Below, piece by piece: positions 1-8,905 of a stretch of 64,000 nt of DNA (position 1 is the stretch's first letter; every line of letters starts with the position of its first letter). The notes under the pieces are model-generated. The model saw only the letters and a program-made list of their open reading frames with translations, did not search any database and was not told the origin of the DNA. This DNA is from Candidatus Nanoarchaeia archaeon (lineage in GTDB: Archaea > Nanobdellota > Nanobdellia > Jingweiarchaeales > Jingweiarchaeaceae): NCBI GenBank assembly GCA_038874075.1, contig JAVZDD010000002.1, positions 4,605 to 68,604 of the forward strand, given 5' to 3'. The translations under genes were made by a program, and so were the position numbers.

Positions 1-529
1 GGTTTCCGGTTGGCTCATCCGCCAAAACCAGTGATGGGTTGTTTGCCAGTGCTCTCGCAATTGCGACTCGCTGTCTTTCACCACCCGAAAGCTGCCTTGG
101 GTAACTATTCACCCTCTTCTCAAGACCGACGGTTCTCAACAAATCCAACGCTCTTCTCTTTCTTTCGTTTTCATTTACTCCAGCGAATATCATTGGAAGC
201 TCAACATTTTCAATTGATGTCAGATTCTCCTGCAAATAATAAAATTGAAAGACGAACCCTATCTCTTTGTTTCTTATTTCAGCCAGTTCATCATCACTTA
301 ACTTCGATACGTCTTTACCATTGATCAAGACTTTTCCACTTGTTGGAGTGTCCAAGCAACCAATTATATGAAGCATCGTTGATTTTCCACTACCACTTGG
401 CCCCATGATCGATACGAATTCACCTTTTTTTATTTCTAAATTAATACCATTCAATGCTTTTATTTGTACTTCACCAAGTCTATAGATTTTTGTTACATTT
501 TCAAGCTCCACAATTGTTTTAGCTTTCAC
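1..529 (-). CDS. ABC transporter ATP-binding protein, partial (C-terminus runs off window edge)
   Basis: Reverse-strand translation gives Walker A GPSGSGKST, ABC signature LSGGERQR and Walker B LADEPT; probable GTG start at 527-529 preceded by GGAG. Track ORF 10..324(+) is antisense to it. Confidence 0.8.
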   Translation of the reverse strand, partial: MKAKTIVELENVTKIYRLGEVQIKALNGINLEIKKGEFVSIMGPSGSGKSTMLHIIGCLDTPTSGKVLINGKDVSKLSDDELAEIRNKEIGFVFQFYYLQENLTSIENVELPMIFAGVNENERKRRALDLLRTVGLEKRVNSYPRQLSGGERQRVAIARALANNPSLVLADEPTGN

Positions 530-989
530 TTTCCAGCTCCTCCAATTTTCTCTTTGTTTCTATTAAAATTTTTTCCGCCCTAGTGATCTTTTCTTTATTC
601 ATTGATTTTATTTTATTCCTAATTTCTAAAAGTATCATGTCTATTTCTGCATTTGGTGTTTTGAATACATGTCTAAAAACCTCATTGAATTTGTAAAAAT
701 TTTTCATCCAACTTTCTCTTATCCTATCAATCCTTTTGATCAACATCTTACCCTTTTTAGTGATAGCATAACTTATTTTTCTTTTATCTTTGCCGTACCT
801 CCTTATCAGTTTTTTCTCCTCCATTCTTCTTAGTAATGGATAAATCGTTCCTGCGCTGGGCTTCCAGCAATGATGTGTCTTCTCTTTTATTTCGTTTATT
901 ATTTCGTAACCATGCATCTTTTTTTTGCTTAATAATTTGAGTACAAAAATACATAGCATACCAGGTATCACATCAAATTTCTTCTTCAT
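519..989 (-). CDS. PadR-family transcriptional regulator
   Basis: 156 aa; winged-helix region HGYEIINEIKEKT...GTIYPLLRRMEEKKLI typical of PadR; overlaps start of downstream ABC ATPase gene (operon). Confidence 0.65.
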   Translation of the reverse strand: MKKKFDVIPGMLCIFVLKLLSKKKMHGYEIINEIKEKTHHCWKPSAGTIYPLLRRMEEKKLIRRYGKDKRKISYAITKKGKMLIKRIDRIRESWMKNFYKFNEVFRHVFKTPNAEIDMILLEIRNKIKSMNKEKITRAEKILIETKRKLEELESES

Positions 990-1028
990 GCCTTATATCG
1001 TATACGATATAATTATATAAAACTTTTG

Positions 1029-2030
1029 TTACTGACTGTCGCATTCAATTACTTTTTTAATAAAATTTTCAACTTCACTTTTCAGAATTTTTGCCCCAGC
1101 AGCTTTTTTATGCCCACCACCACTCGAATTCAATTCCTTGCAAACTTCTCGAAAAATTTTACCTAAGTCAAAGTTATCGATCCTAGTTCTTCCTTCTACC
1201 ATTGCATAATCTTTTGTAGGTTCCTCGTTTATCACGATGCAAATTTTATCTTGGTTTAAATTTGCCAATGTTCCAGCCAAATAACTTTGTATCGGTAAAT
1301 TTGATCTAATCCTGACAAAAGTGAATTTATCGTGCTCAATTGCTATTTCTGAGAGCTTGCTTAACCAGTAATTTCTCTCGATTATTGACTTTCTTTTTAA
1401 TTCAACAAGCTTTTCTGAGTTTGGTGTTGATCCAAGAATAGTAGTGGGTAAACCACTTTCAGCTGCTTCAAGTAATGAATTTAATGCGTATCTAACTCCC
1501 TCTTCAGCAAGAATTCTCGCAGAGCTGATGAAATGGACCATCGTGTTCAAAACTTCTTCTGTTAATTCTTTGTTTCTTTGAATCGCGATTTCCTTCAATT
1601 CCTCGAACCCATTTAGGTCCTTATCTGCCAAACAACCAACGCAAGCAATCCAAGCATATTTTGAAAAGTTTAGATATGTGCTGCAAAATTTGAATGTTAA
1701 ATAAGATGAGCAGTGATTCTCATCAAAAATCATCTGTTTATGCTCAGTTTTTGGTGGATGATGATCGATGACCAAATAATCCCTTTCAAATTTATTTAAT
1801 TCACTGTTTGGTAAATCCAAAAAAACAATTAAGTCATAATCTTCATTTTTTAACTGTTGCATCACCTCAGTATCAACTTCAATATATTTTGGCGAAAAGA
1901 TAGATACTGGAAAATTGCCAAATTTTTTTAGTAAGCTAATAAAAAGTGCAGAAGAACATATACCATCCGCGTCATTGTGGTGTATGATAACGATCCGGCT
2001 CTTCTCCAATTTCTCTCTTTTAATCATCAT
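1029..2030 (-). CDS. DHH/DHHA1 family phosphoesterase (NrnA/RecJ-like)
   Basis: 333 aa; DHH motifs (IIHHNDADG, VIDHHP) and C-terminal DHHA1 GGGH motif (SSGGGHKKAAGA). Confidence 0.75.
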   Translation of the reverse strand: MMIKREKLEKSRIVIIHHNDADGICSSALFISLLKKFGNFPVSIFSPKYIEVDTEVMQQLKNEDYDLIVFLDLPNSELNKFERDYLVIDHHPPKTEHKQMIFDENHCSSYLTFKFCSTYLNFSKYAWIACVGCLADKDLNGFEELKEIAIQRNKELTEEVLNTMVHFISSARILAEEGVRYALNSLLEAAESGLPTTILGSTPNSEKLVELKRKSIIERNYWLSKLSEIAIEHDKFTFVRIRSNLPIQSYLAGTLANLNQDKICIVINEEPTKDYAMVEGRTRIDNFDLGKIFREVCKELNSSGGGHKKAAGAKILKSEVENFIKKVIECDSQ

Positions 2031-2075
2031 TCTCTAAACGCAATTGTTATATAAAAAAATTGTTTTAAAAATTGT

Positions 2076-2618
2076 ATGTTTTCAATCTATGAAATTTTTG
2101 AAATATTTATGACTATAATAGCACTAGGTTACATATTTTCAGACTATGTTGTGAGATTACCAATTAGACACCTTCATAAAAATTTGAGAGATGAAATTCT
2201 ACTTGCATCGATCATTGTTTCACCTTCCATTATATTTCATGAATTTGCTCACAAATTCGTTGCAGTTTACTTTGGTGGCGCTGCTAATTTTCACGCAAAC
2301 TTTTATGGATTGCTACTTGGCATAGCAATGAAAGCGCTTGGATTACCAATCATATTTATACCAGCTTATGTTTCGGTTAGGGGCTTATACACCACACCAA
2401 TCGTTTTTGGATTGATTGCCATTTCAGGACCGCTAGTCAACTTTGCGATTTTTTTAATTCTTTCGCTATTGTTAAAATTTAATAAAATAACTGGGGATAT
2501 GTACTTCTATGCGCTTGTGATCAAGGAAATGAATAAACTCCTCTTCCTTTTTAACATGCTTCCAATACCAAGTACTGATGGTTTTAATTTCTATCAAGCG
2601 CTTTTGAATTCCATATAA
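2076..2618 (+). CDS. Site-2 protease-like (M50 family) membrane metalloprotease, paralog 1
   Basis: 180 aa polytopic protein; HExxH (HEFAHKF) and C-terminal NMLPIPSTDG (LDG-type) motif. Confidence 0.55.
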   Translation: MFSIYEIFEIFMTIIALGYIFSDYVVRLPIRHLHKNLRDEILLASIIVSPSIIFHEFAHKFVAVYFGGAANFHANFYGLLLGIAMKALGLPIIFIPAYVSVRGLYTTPIVFGLIAISGPLVNFAIFLILSLLLKFNKITGDMYFYALVIKEMNKLLFLFNMLPIPSTDGFNFYQALLNSI

Positions 2619-2648
2619 TTTATAAATGAAGATTGTTAAATCTTAATT

Positions 2649-3344
2649 ATGCAGTTTGGACTTTCAAAGCAAGAGCTCAGAGACATCATCATTTCCGTTC
2701 TGGTCTTGGGATTTGTTTTTTCTTATAATAGATGGGAGACGATCAGTATAGGAATAAGAAATTTTTTTATTGCTGTTTTTGTGATTGGAATCGCATTCTT
2801 GGCGCATGAGCTAGCGCACAGGTATGTTGCAAGGAAATATGAATGTAAAGCAGAATATGTGATTTGGCCAGCCGGTCTATTGCTAGCGGTTGTATTAACA
2901 ATATTAAGTGGTGGAAATTTTATTTTCGCTGCCCCAGGCTTCGTAATGATTTCAACAGCATATGCAACGAGACTTGGTTTTCGCTATGTGAATCTGAGCA
3001 GAGAGGAAGTGGGAAAAATTGCACTTTCTGGTCCAATAACAGGTATCTTTTTGGCAATGCTATTCAAACTACTTCAACCATTATCAAAAGAGATATTTAC
3101 GTATGCGATATCAATAAACTTGTGGCTTGCAATTTTCAATCTTCTACCAATTCCTCCGCTTGATGGTAGTAAGGTTTTCGCCTGGAGCATAAGCATATGG
3201 GGATTTGCCATTGTAACTGCATCTGTACTTTTCATACTTTACACGATGCTCGAAATCAACTTCATCATTTCATTGATCATTCTCATCGCAGTTGGTCTAA
3301 TTTCATTTTTGTTGATGGAGACAAGAGTACCAACAATATTTTAG
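2649..3344 (+). CDS. Site-2 protease-like (M50 family) membrane metalloprotease, paralog 2
   Basis: 231 aa; HExxH (HELAHRY) and NLLPIPPLDG motif; same architecture as upstream neighbor. Track ORF 2864..3163 is an internal alternative frame. Confidence 0.6.
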   Translation: MQFGLSKQELRDIIISVLVLGFVFSYNRWETISIGIRNFFIAVFVIGIAFLAHELAHRYVARKYECKAEYVIWPAGLLLAVVLTILSGGNFIFAAPGFVMISTAYATRLGFRYVNLSREEVGKIALSGPITGIFLAMLFKLLQPLSKEIFTYAISINLWLAIFNLLPIPPLDGSKVFAWSISIWGFAIVTASVLFILYTMLEINFIISLIILIAVGLISFLLMETRVPTIF

Positions 3345-3394
3345 AAAAAATTTAAAAGTAACAAAATTCAATAATAAAGTGATGGGGTGGTAAA

Positions 3395-3661
3395 ATGGTA
3401 GAAAAAAGCGATAGGGTTTTTTCAAAGAACATACTTGGTAAGACAGTCGTCAGTAAGGCTGGAAAAAAGTTTGGGGAGGTTGGTGACATCATTTTCGAAA
3501 CGAGAACAGGTGAATTGATATATGTTGTACTGAAAAATTCAACGAGCTACGCATCACAATTTGAACTTGAGAAAGATGCAAATGGTAATTTTCAAGTTCC
3601 ATTTAATGCAGTTATAGCAGTTGGTGACTTTGTTGTTGTAGCAGAAGAAGATATCATATAA
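3395..3661 (+). CDS. PRC-barrel domain protein
   Basis: 88 aa; ILGKTVVSKAGKKFGEVGDIIFETRTGELIYVVL pattern typical of archaeal PRC barrel proteins; SD GGGGTGG upstream of ATG. Confidence 0.55.
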   Translation: MVEKSDRVFSKNILGKTVVSKAGKKFGEVGDIIFETRTGELIYVVLKNSTSYASQFELEKDANGNFQVPFNAVIAVGDFVVVAEEDII

Positions 3662-3751
3662 ACCCCAATCACCACGAATTTATCTTTGATTTAAAGAAAT
3701 TCTTGAAGTTTTATTGAATAAAATAATAAGAAATTAAAATAAGAACTAGAT

Positions 3752-3838
3752 TTACTCTTCTTCTTCCCATTCTTCCTCTTCTTCACCCTCGTCCCATTCT
3801 TCCTCTTCTTCACCCTCGTCCCATTCTTCCTCCTGCAT
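3752..3838 (-). CDS. Hyper-acidic 28-aa micro-protein (MQEEEWDEGEEEEEWDEGEEEEEWEEEE)
   Basis: ATG at 3836-3838 (minus) preceded by GGAGGTG 5 nt upstream; lies just downstream of the zinc-ribbon gene stop; built from 27-bp tandem repeats. Below the 60-aa ORF-track threshold as an independent ORF. Confidence 0.4.
   Translation of the reverse strand: MQEEEWDEGEEEEEWDEGEEEEEWEEEE
3766..3819. repeat. Two perfect 27-bp tandem direct repeats (cccattcttcctcttcttcaccctcgt) with partial flanking copies
   Basis: Directly visible in sequence 3752-3838; encodes EEEEEWDEG repeats on minus strand. Confidence 0.85.
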
Positions 3839-3858
3839 TTTGGCACCTCCAAAAAACA

Positions 3859-4068
3859 TTACTCCTCCCAGCCTTCGCTCTCGCCTTCCTCTGGCTCGTA
3901 CTCGTATTCCTCTTCGCCGTATGCTTCTTCTTCGTATGCCAAACAATCTTCGCAGAGACTTCTCTCCGGATCACCACAGTTAGCGCAGAACTTGCTGCCA
4001 CACTCTTTGCACGTGTATACTTCATCAACTTCATTTTCACATATTTCACATGCTGGCATTTTTAACAC
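3859..4068 (-). CDS. Small zinc-ribbon protein with acidic C-terminal tail
   Basis: 69 aa; CxxC...CxxC...CxxC...CxxC (CEICENEV..CKECGSKFCANCG..CEDC) followed by E/Y-rich tail. Confidence 0.6.
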   Translation of the reverse strand: MLKMPACEICENEVDEVYTCKECGSKFCANCGDPERSLCEDCLAYEEEAYGEEEYEYEPEEGESEGWEE

Positions 4069-4192
4069 CCTATTAAATCGATAAATAAAGTTTGTATTTA
4101 GTATTTAAGCTTTTTGGATTCCAAAAATTTGATTTTTCATGGATTTTTTATGTTAAAGTATTTATTTTTTGAAAATTATTAATTTATTTAAC

Positions 4193-4753
4193 ATGGTTTT
4201 CACAAAGACAAAGAAACTCTTGAGGAATTTTGCGAGGGGCATCACAGATGGCATTCTAACTTCTCTAGGTCTCCTCATCGGCACGTATTATAGTGGTAGT
4301 ACAAGAATAATGCTGACCGTTGTACTAGCTGGTGGATTAGCGAACAGCATCTCGAACTTTACAGGTGCATTCATTGGAGAAACAGCAGAACTTTATCGCA
4401 GGATACATCAAATAAAGAGAGACATTGGAAAAAATGATGAAAAAAGTTTGAAGATAATTGATTTTCTCAGAGCAGAGGTACTTGAAGAGGAAAGGGATAT
4501 TCATCATCGTGGAATCGTTGATGGAGTAGGTACATTCATCGGATCACTTTTTGTAATCTCTCCTGTGCTTTTCATTTCGAACATAAACAATTTATTACTT
4601 GCCTCGTTGATGATCTCATTCCTACTCCTTTCAACACTTGGTGGCGTTATTGCTTATCTATCGAAGGAAGATGTTCTGTCACTCAGTGCCAAAATGTGCA
4701 TCATTGGCCTCATCACATTGATACTCTGTTCTCTAATCTCTAAAATTGCTTAG
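4193..4753 (+). CDS. VIT1/CCC1-like membrane protein (putative metal transporter)
   Basis: GITDGILTSLGLLIG motif resembling VIT-family GxxDGLxS motif, central E-rich cytoplasmic helix, multiple TM segments; track start 4169 is TTG, ATG at 4193 preferred. Confidence 0.4.
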   Translation: MVFTKTKKLLRNFARGITDGILTSLGLLIGTYYSGSTRIMLTVVLAGGLANSISNFTGAFIGETAELYRRIHQIKRDIGKNDEKSLKIIDFLRAEVLEEERDIHHRGIVDGVGTFIGSLFVISPVLFISNINNLLLASLMISFLLLSTLGGVIAYLSKEDVLSLSAKMCIIGLITLILCSLISKIA

Positions 4754-4773
4754 ATAAATTTATCAATTTGAAG

Positions 4774-6156
4774 ATGATTATTTTAATTATGCAAGCAAAG
4801 CAGATATTCTCTTTGAGCTCGATTGTAATAGTAATTTTTTTAGTTGGTTGCATTGGTCAAACAACACAGATGTGCACAAATCCAGATATTTGCAGTGATG
4901 ATAATCGCTGCTGTTCTGGTTACATATGTTGTGATGGTGCATGTGTTAGAGCTGAGACCTGCGCTTGCACAGGAAACATTATTTTGAGCGAACAATTTTT
5001 GAAGAATTACACAGGTACAAATATCTCATCAGGTACAAATGTACAATTCACCATATGCGGACTTAATAAATACTGTGAAAATGAGACAGTCTACATTAAA
5101 GAATCAAATTGCGATGCTCCAGATTATTTAACTTCATTTAAACCAGTTTATAAAAGCTCTTGTAATAATTTCGGTGGTTCGCCTTCTTTTTTCCTTACAT
5201 ATGGTTCGCACACGATTTGTGCATGTATTGACATAAACAAAGATAATAAGTTTGATGGCGGGGAGAGGTCATGCAGAAGTTTCTTGATTTGTCATTCAAA
5301 TCTTTCAGAGACATGCTACTCGGATGCAATGTGCTGTGAGGGTAGATGTATGAATGGCAAATGTTGCTTAACAGAAAATCAAGTGTGTAGGAATAACGAA
5401 GAATGTTGTACGAACTTTTGTTCAAATGGCACATGTAAGGAAATACCAGTAACAACATGCGCTGGTCAGACAAAATTAGATTTACCATCCATTGTTTCTC
5501 CCCAAAGCCCGATTTCTGCAAAAATTTATGGTCTAAACTCACTCTGTGCTGGGCATAAAGTGTATCTTAAAAAACAAAATTGTACTGGCGAGATAATCAT
5601 AAGTACTACACTAGATAGCAACGGAAGTCGTTCATTCCAATTTTCCGCGCCTAGCATGCTCGGTACCCACACATATGCTGCTTGTGTTGATATTACAGGG
5701 AATGAAACATTTGATAAGCCAGAAGAGTACACAACGAAACAGGTTAGGGTATGTTATGGACTTGGGCAAAGATGTGAGAATGATAATGAATGTTGCTGTA
5801 ATATATGTGATTATGTTTGCGGGGCATGCGATGGCGATGTTAACCTATCTTTGAGTGCATACAATGTAACACCCAACGCAACGATCCTTGCAACGATTTC
5901 TGGTTTAAGCAACAGATGCTTGAACAGGACAATTGAACTTAGACAATCAAGTTGTGTGGGTGAATTAATAAAATCATGCAATGTTGAAATGTCTTTCTGT
6001 GAGGGTGATAGATGCACTTATGGTTGCCAATTCTCATTTAATGCACCAGCACAAAACGGAACGTATAGATACTTTGCCTTTTTAGATCTCGATCTAGACG
6101 GTTTCATATGCATAAGTGAAAAAGAGTACGGGTATGCGATTGTCAATGTTATCTAG
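4774..6156 (+). CDS. Cysteine-rich modular secreted/surface protein
   Basis: About 460 aa; N-terminal hydrophobic anchor ending LVGC, about 50 Cys, three about 80-aa repeats (x-GLN-x-C...GxHTYAAC-DI), Cys-rich linkers, many N-x-S/T sequons. Track start 4768 is TTG; ATG at 4774. Confidence 0.6.
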   Translation: MIILIMQAKQIFSLSSIVIVIFLVGCIGQTTQMCTNPDICSDDNRCCSGYICCDGACVRAETCACTGNIILSEQFLKNYTGTNISSGTNVQFTICGLNKYCENETVYIKESNCDAPDYLTSFKPVYKSSCNNFGGSPSFFLTYGSHTICACIDINKDNKFDGGERSCRSFLICHSNLSETCYSDAMCCEGRCMNGKCCLTENQVCRNNEECCTNFCSNGTCKEIPVTTCAGQTKLDLPSIVSPQSPISAKIYGLNSLCAGHKVYLKKQNCTGEIIISTTLDSNGSRSFQFSAPSMLGTHTYAACVDITGNETFDKPEEYTTKQVRVCYGLGQRCENDNECCCNICDYVCGACDGDVNLSLSAYNVTPNATILATISGLSNRCLNRTIELRQSSCVGELIKSCNVEMSFCEGDRCTYGCQFSFNAPAQNGTYRYFAFLDLDLDGFICISEKEYGYAIVNVI

Positions 6157-6574
6157 AACTTAATCTTTTTTGCAATGTTTTTATTTCTTCGTAAGCTTTG
6201 CGTGGCGATGAAAAATTTTTGACTAATCTTTCAAATGGACACTCTTGATCGCCACTTAAAATTCTTGGTACAAGATTTTCATATTCAAAATAAATACTCC
6301 TACTACTTAGCCACTTTTTTGCCTCTTTACTCATAATGGTCGCGAATACTGCATCAACTTTTGTATAGCTGCAAAGCATCGCTACCGCCTTTCCGACGAT
6401 TTTATCCGCCACCGAAGCACCATTCATCTTTTCCCCCAGATCGTCAATCGCTACGAGAAAGCCGCGTATTCCACTCAACCTTGATTTAAATATTATTTGA
6501 TGATTTTTTACAATTATTAAATTAAATCCCCTCTTCTTTAGTTCTTCTCTCGCAATTCTAACATCATCCATCAT
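6149..6574 (-). CDS. Conserved hypothetical protein
   Basis: 141 aa ORF, no confidently recognisable motif; overlaps stop of upstream gene (operon with 6571..7482). Confidence 0.4.
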   Translation of the reverse strand: MMDDVRIAREELKKRGFNLIIVKNHQIIFKSRLSGIRGFLVAIDDLGEKMNGASVADKIVGKAVAMLCSYTKVDAVFATIMSKEAKKWLSSRSIYFEYENLVPRILSGDQECPFERLVKNFSSPRKAYEEIKTLQKRLSSR

Positions 6575-7482
6575 TTTTCTTCTCTTAGCGAATTTATTTC
6601 TGCTCTGAGTTCAATGATCTGCTTTTCATAATCTCGCATTATTTCATTGAATGTTTTCTCCTCCATCTTTCCCTTGAAAAATTCTTTTTGTACCTCATCT
6701 TTTTTTCTTTTTATTTGCTCAATTTTTTGCTCCAATTCCCTTATCACTTCTTCTCTATCCGCCTTCGTTTTCTTAATTCTCTGAGTAATTCTTTTTAAAT
6801 CTTCACTGAAACTTTTAATATTGATTTGTTTTATTTTTTCACCTGATTTGTACAGAAATTTATTTAATAGTACAATTAGAAGTATGAAGAAAATCACTTG
6901 TAACATTATCGTAATCACATTCGATTTTCTCTTTAAATCAATCTGTACATGGAAAGGCACATTTTTTTCCAGATTCTTTGCAAAATCGATCACAATTTCA
7001 TTTTCAATCTTTAACCTGTACACAGCTGGATCAATTCGTTCTAATTCATAATCTTTAGGCAGAAAAATCCTGATTGAAAGATTTGAGACGTCTTCAGTAT
7101 TCAAGAAAACAAACTCAATTGAATTTACCCCATCCTTTTGTTTTACTATACCCATAAAATTTGCTTTTATGTTGTAGTTAATCTTTTCGCCTTGTTGTAT
7201 TGGTTTTGGGAAAAACACAATTATTTTTGAATCATCAACTTCATATCTCATCCTTTCGGATATAAATCCAAGCTTGGTTACTTCCACGTTGCTGAATGTT
7301 AAGTTGTAAAATGTGATTTCTTGCCTGTCAACTGTTCTCTGCGCAATGAACTCAACTAACAAATCAGCCTGCATATTACCATCTGATATATGTCGCAGTT
7401 CTAGAGCAATCCTACTGTCAGCATGAGCAAGATTTACCAAAAGTAGTGCAAATGAAATGAGTACATAATACCTAATTTTCAT
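6571..7482 (-). CDS. Signal-peptide membrane-anchored protein with C-terminal coiled coil
   Basis: 303 aa; N-terminal signal-like MKIRYYVLISFALLLVNLAHA, one TM (VITIMLQVIFFILLIVLL), K/E-rich heptad-like C-terminus. Confidence 0.5.
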   Translation of the reverse strand: MKIRYYVLISFALLLVNLAHADSRIALELRHISDGNMQADLLVEFIAQRTVDRQEITFYNLTFSNVEVTKLGFISERMRYEVDDSKIIVFFPKPIQQGEKINYNIKANFMGIVKQKDGVNSIEFVFLNTEDVSNLSIRIFLPKDYELERIDPAVYRLKIENEIVIDFAKNLEKNVPFHVQIDLKRKSNVITIMLQVIFFILLIVLLNKFLYKSGEKIKQINIKSFSEDLKRITQRIKKTKADREEVIRELEQKIEQIKRKKDEVQKEFFKGKMEEKTFNEIMRDYEKQIIELRAEINSLREEK

Positions 7483-7600
7483 AATTATTAGATAATTTTC
7501 TAGAAATAAAAGATTTGTTTTTTGATATTTAAATAAAAAATAAAAATTTCAGATCGCCCGTCATTAATCACAGATCATTGCTCATGAGCTTCATCATCAA

Positions 7601-7610
7601 AATTTTTATA
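7601..7610 (+). promoter_or_regulatory. Candidate TATA box (aatttttata) for a leaderless MBF1-like transcript
   Basis: A/T-rich TATA-like element about 27-30 nt upstream of ATG 7637; inference only. Confidence 0.3.
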
Positions 7611-7636
7611 TGTTTAACATTTATTTAAGTCTTTGT

Positions 7637-8092
7637 ATGGTAATTTGCGAACTTTGCGGTAAAGAAGTGGAAAAGACATTAGATGTCAGCATCGAAGGTT
7701 CTGTACTTAGGCTATGCGAGTCATGCTCGAAGTTTGGTAAGGTCATCAAAGAAAATAAAATTGTACCAAAAAAAGTTGAAAAAGAGGAGGAAGAGAAAGA
7801 AATAACAATTGTTGAAAACTATGCTGAAATTTTCAGAGAACTGAGAGAAAAGCTTGGATTAACGCAAGAAGAATTCGCTCGCAAGCTCAATGTGAAAGAA
7901 AGTGAAATAAAGAAAATTGAAAGTTCAAAGCTCGAACCTGACATCAATCTAGCACTAAAAATTGAAAAAATGTTTGGAGTTAAATTAATCGAGGAAGGAT
8001 TTAATGTTTTATACAATAAAAGAGAGGAGAAGATAGGCAACTTGACAATCGGGGACGTTATTAAACTTAAGAAAAAGAAGAATTTTCGTTAA
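7637..8092 (+). CDS. mbf1: Archaeal multiprotein bridging factor 1-like protein (zinc ribbon + HTH-XRE)
   Basis: N-terminal CELCG...CESC zinc ribbon, C-terminal helix-turn-helix LGLTQEEFARKLNVKESEIKKIE; second in-frame ATG chosen because the first ATG (7610) sits inside the TATA-like element. Confidence 0.65.
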   Translation: MVICELCGKEVEKTLDVSIEGSVLRLCESCSKFGKVIKENKIVPKKVEKEEEEKEITIVENYAEIFRELREKLGLTQEEFARKLNVKESEIKKIESSKLEPDINLALKIEKMFGVKLIEEGFNVLYNKREEKIGNLTIGDVIKLKKKKNFR

Positions 8093-8124
8093 GTTTAAAT
8101 TTAAAGTTATTTTAAATAAATCCA

Positions 8125-8526
8125 ATGAAGTCTCAAGTGGCCATTGAATACATGATATTAATTTCTTTAATTCTACTACTCTTAGTACCTATCTGGATCT
8201 ATCTTATGCTTTCAAGGATACAGCTTCAAGATGATCTTTCAATTTCATACGCCAAAGATGCGGTCAATCGAATAAAAGATGCAGCCGATTTGGTTTACAT
8301 CCAAGGAAGTCCGGCTCGAGTGAAAGTGAATATTTATATTCCAGAAAATGTGCACAGCATAAATTTTACTGATAGGACGATCATCATCAAATTAAGGACA
8401 AGTGCTGGTCTCGTTGACATTCATGCAGAAACATTAGCTAACATTACAGGACAGCTGCCTGTTCAAAGCGGATACTACGAAGTAATTGTTAAATCCGAAG
8501 TGGGTTATGTGAATGTCACGATCTAA
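8125..8526 (+). CDS. Prepilin-like protein (class III signal peptide-like N-terminus)
   Basis: MKS-QVAIEY then about 20 hydrophobic residues; Q at +1 and E at +5 relative to a putative K-S cleavage site; many N-x-S/T sequons. Confidence 0.5.
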   Translation: MKSQVAIEYMILISLILLLLVPIWIYLMLSRIQLQDDLSISYAKDAVNRIKDAADLVYIQGSPARVKVNIYIPENVHSINFTDRTIIIKLRTSAGLVDIHAETLANITGQLPVQSGYYEVIVKSEVGYVNVTI

Positions 8527-8905
8527 GTCTCAAATAATCGCGGAAACGCTTTTTGTATATGCAATCTTATTTGCATTTTCAATGATCATGATAATCTACA
8601 TATTCGATCAAAATACACAAATGTTGGAAGAAAGAAAAAGGGCAGAAGCAAATAGAATTTCTTCAGATATTGTGGATGCAATAAATACAGCTGTGATTGA
8701 GGGTGATGGCTTCTCAATTACCTTCACAACACCACCAGACATATTGGGGACGAACTACACGCTAAACATCGATGATGGGGCATTATTGGTTGAATGGAGC
8801 AATCATACGTTAAGTAAAACAATTCTCACCAAGAATGTGTATGGTACATTAAAAAAAGGCACAAATACTGTGAGAAATGAAAATGGGCAGATTTTTATTG
8901 AATAA
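8513..8905 (+). CDS. Prepilin-like protein (class III signal peptide-like N-terminus)
   Basis: MSRSKS-QIIAETLFVYAILFAF; overlaps upstream gene by 14 nt. Confidence 0.5.
   Translation: MSRSKSQIIAETLFVYAILFAFSMIMIIYIFDQNTQMLEERKRAEANRISSDIVDAINTAVIEGDGFSITFTTPPDILGTNYTLNIDDGALLVEWSNHTLSKTILTKNVYGTLKKGTNTVRNENGQIFIE

Noticed and set aside
10-324. 104-aa plus-strand ORF at window start
   Set aside because: Lies antisense to a well-supported ABC ATPase reading frame (Walker A, signature and Walker B motifs on the minus strand); the relatively GC-rich look here is coding sequence, not rRNA.
3752-3838. 27-bp tandem repeats as a possible CRISPR or minisatellite
   Set aside because: Only two full units, no spacers, and the repeats are in a coding context with an SD and ATG; not a CRISPR array.
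3810-4049. 79-aa minus-strand ORF overlapping the zinc-ribbon gene
   Set aside because: Alternative frame of the same region, basic low-complexity translation; the CxxC zinc-ribbon frame (3859..4068) is the coherent one.
5195-6017. Minus-strand ORFs inside the Cys-rich protein gene (5195..5542, 5526..5732, 5811..6017)
   Set aside because: Antisense to a long, internally repetitive coding frame; no start context, treated as spurious.
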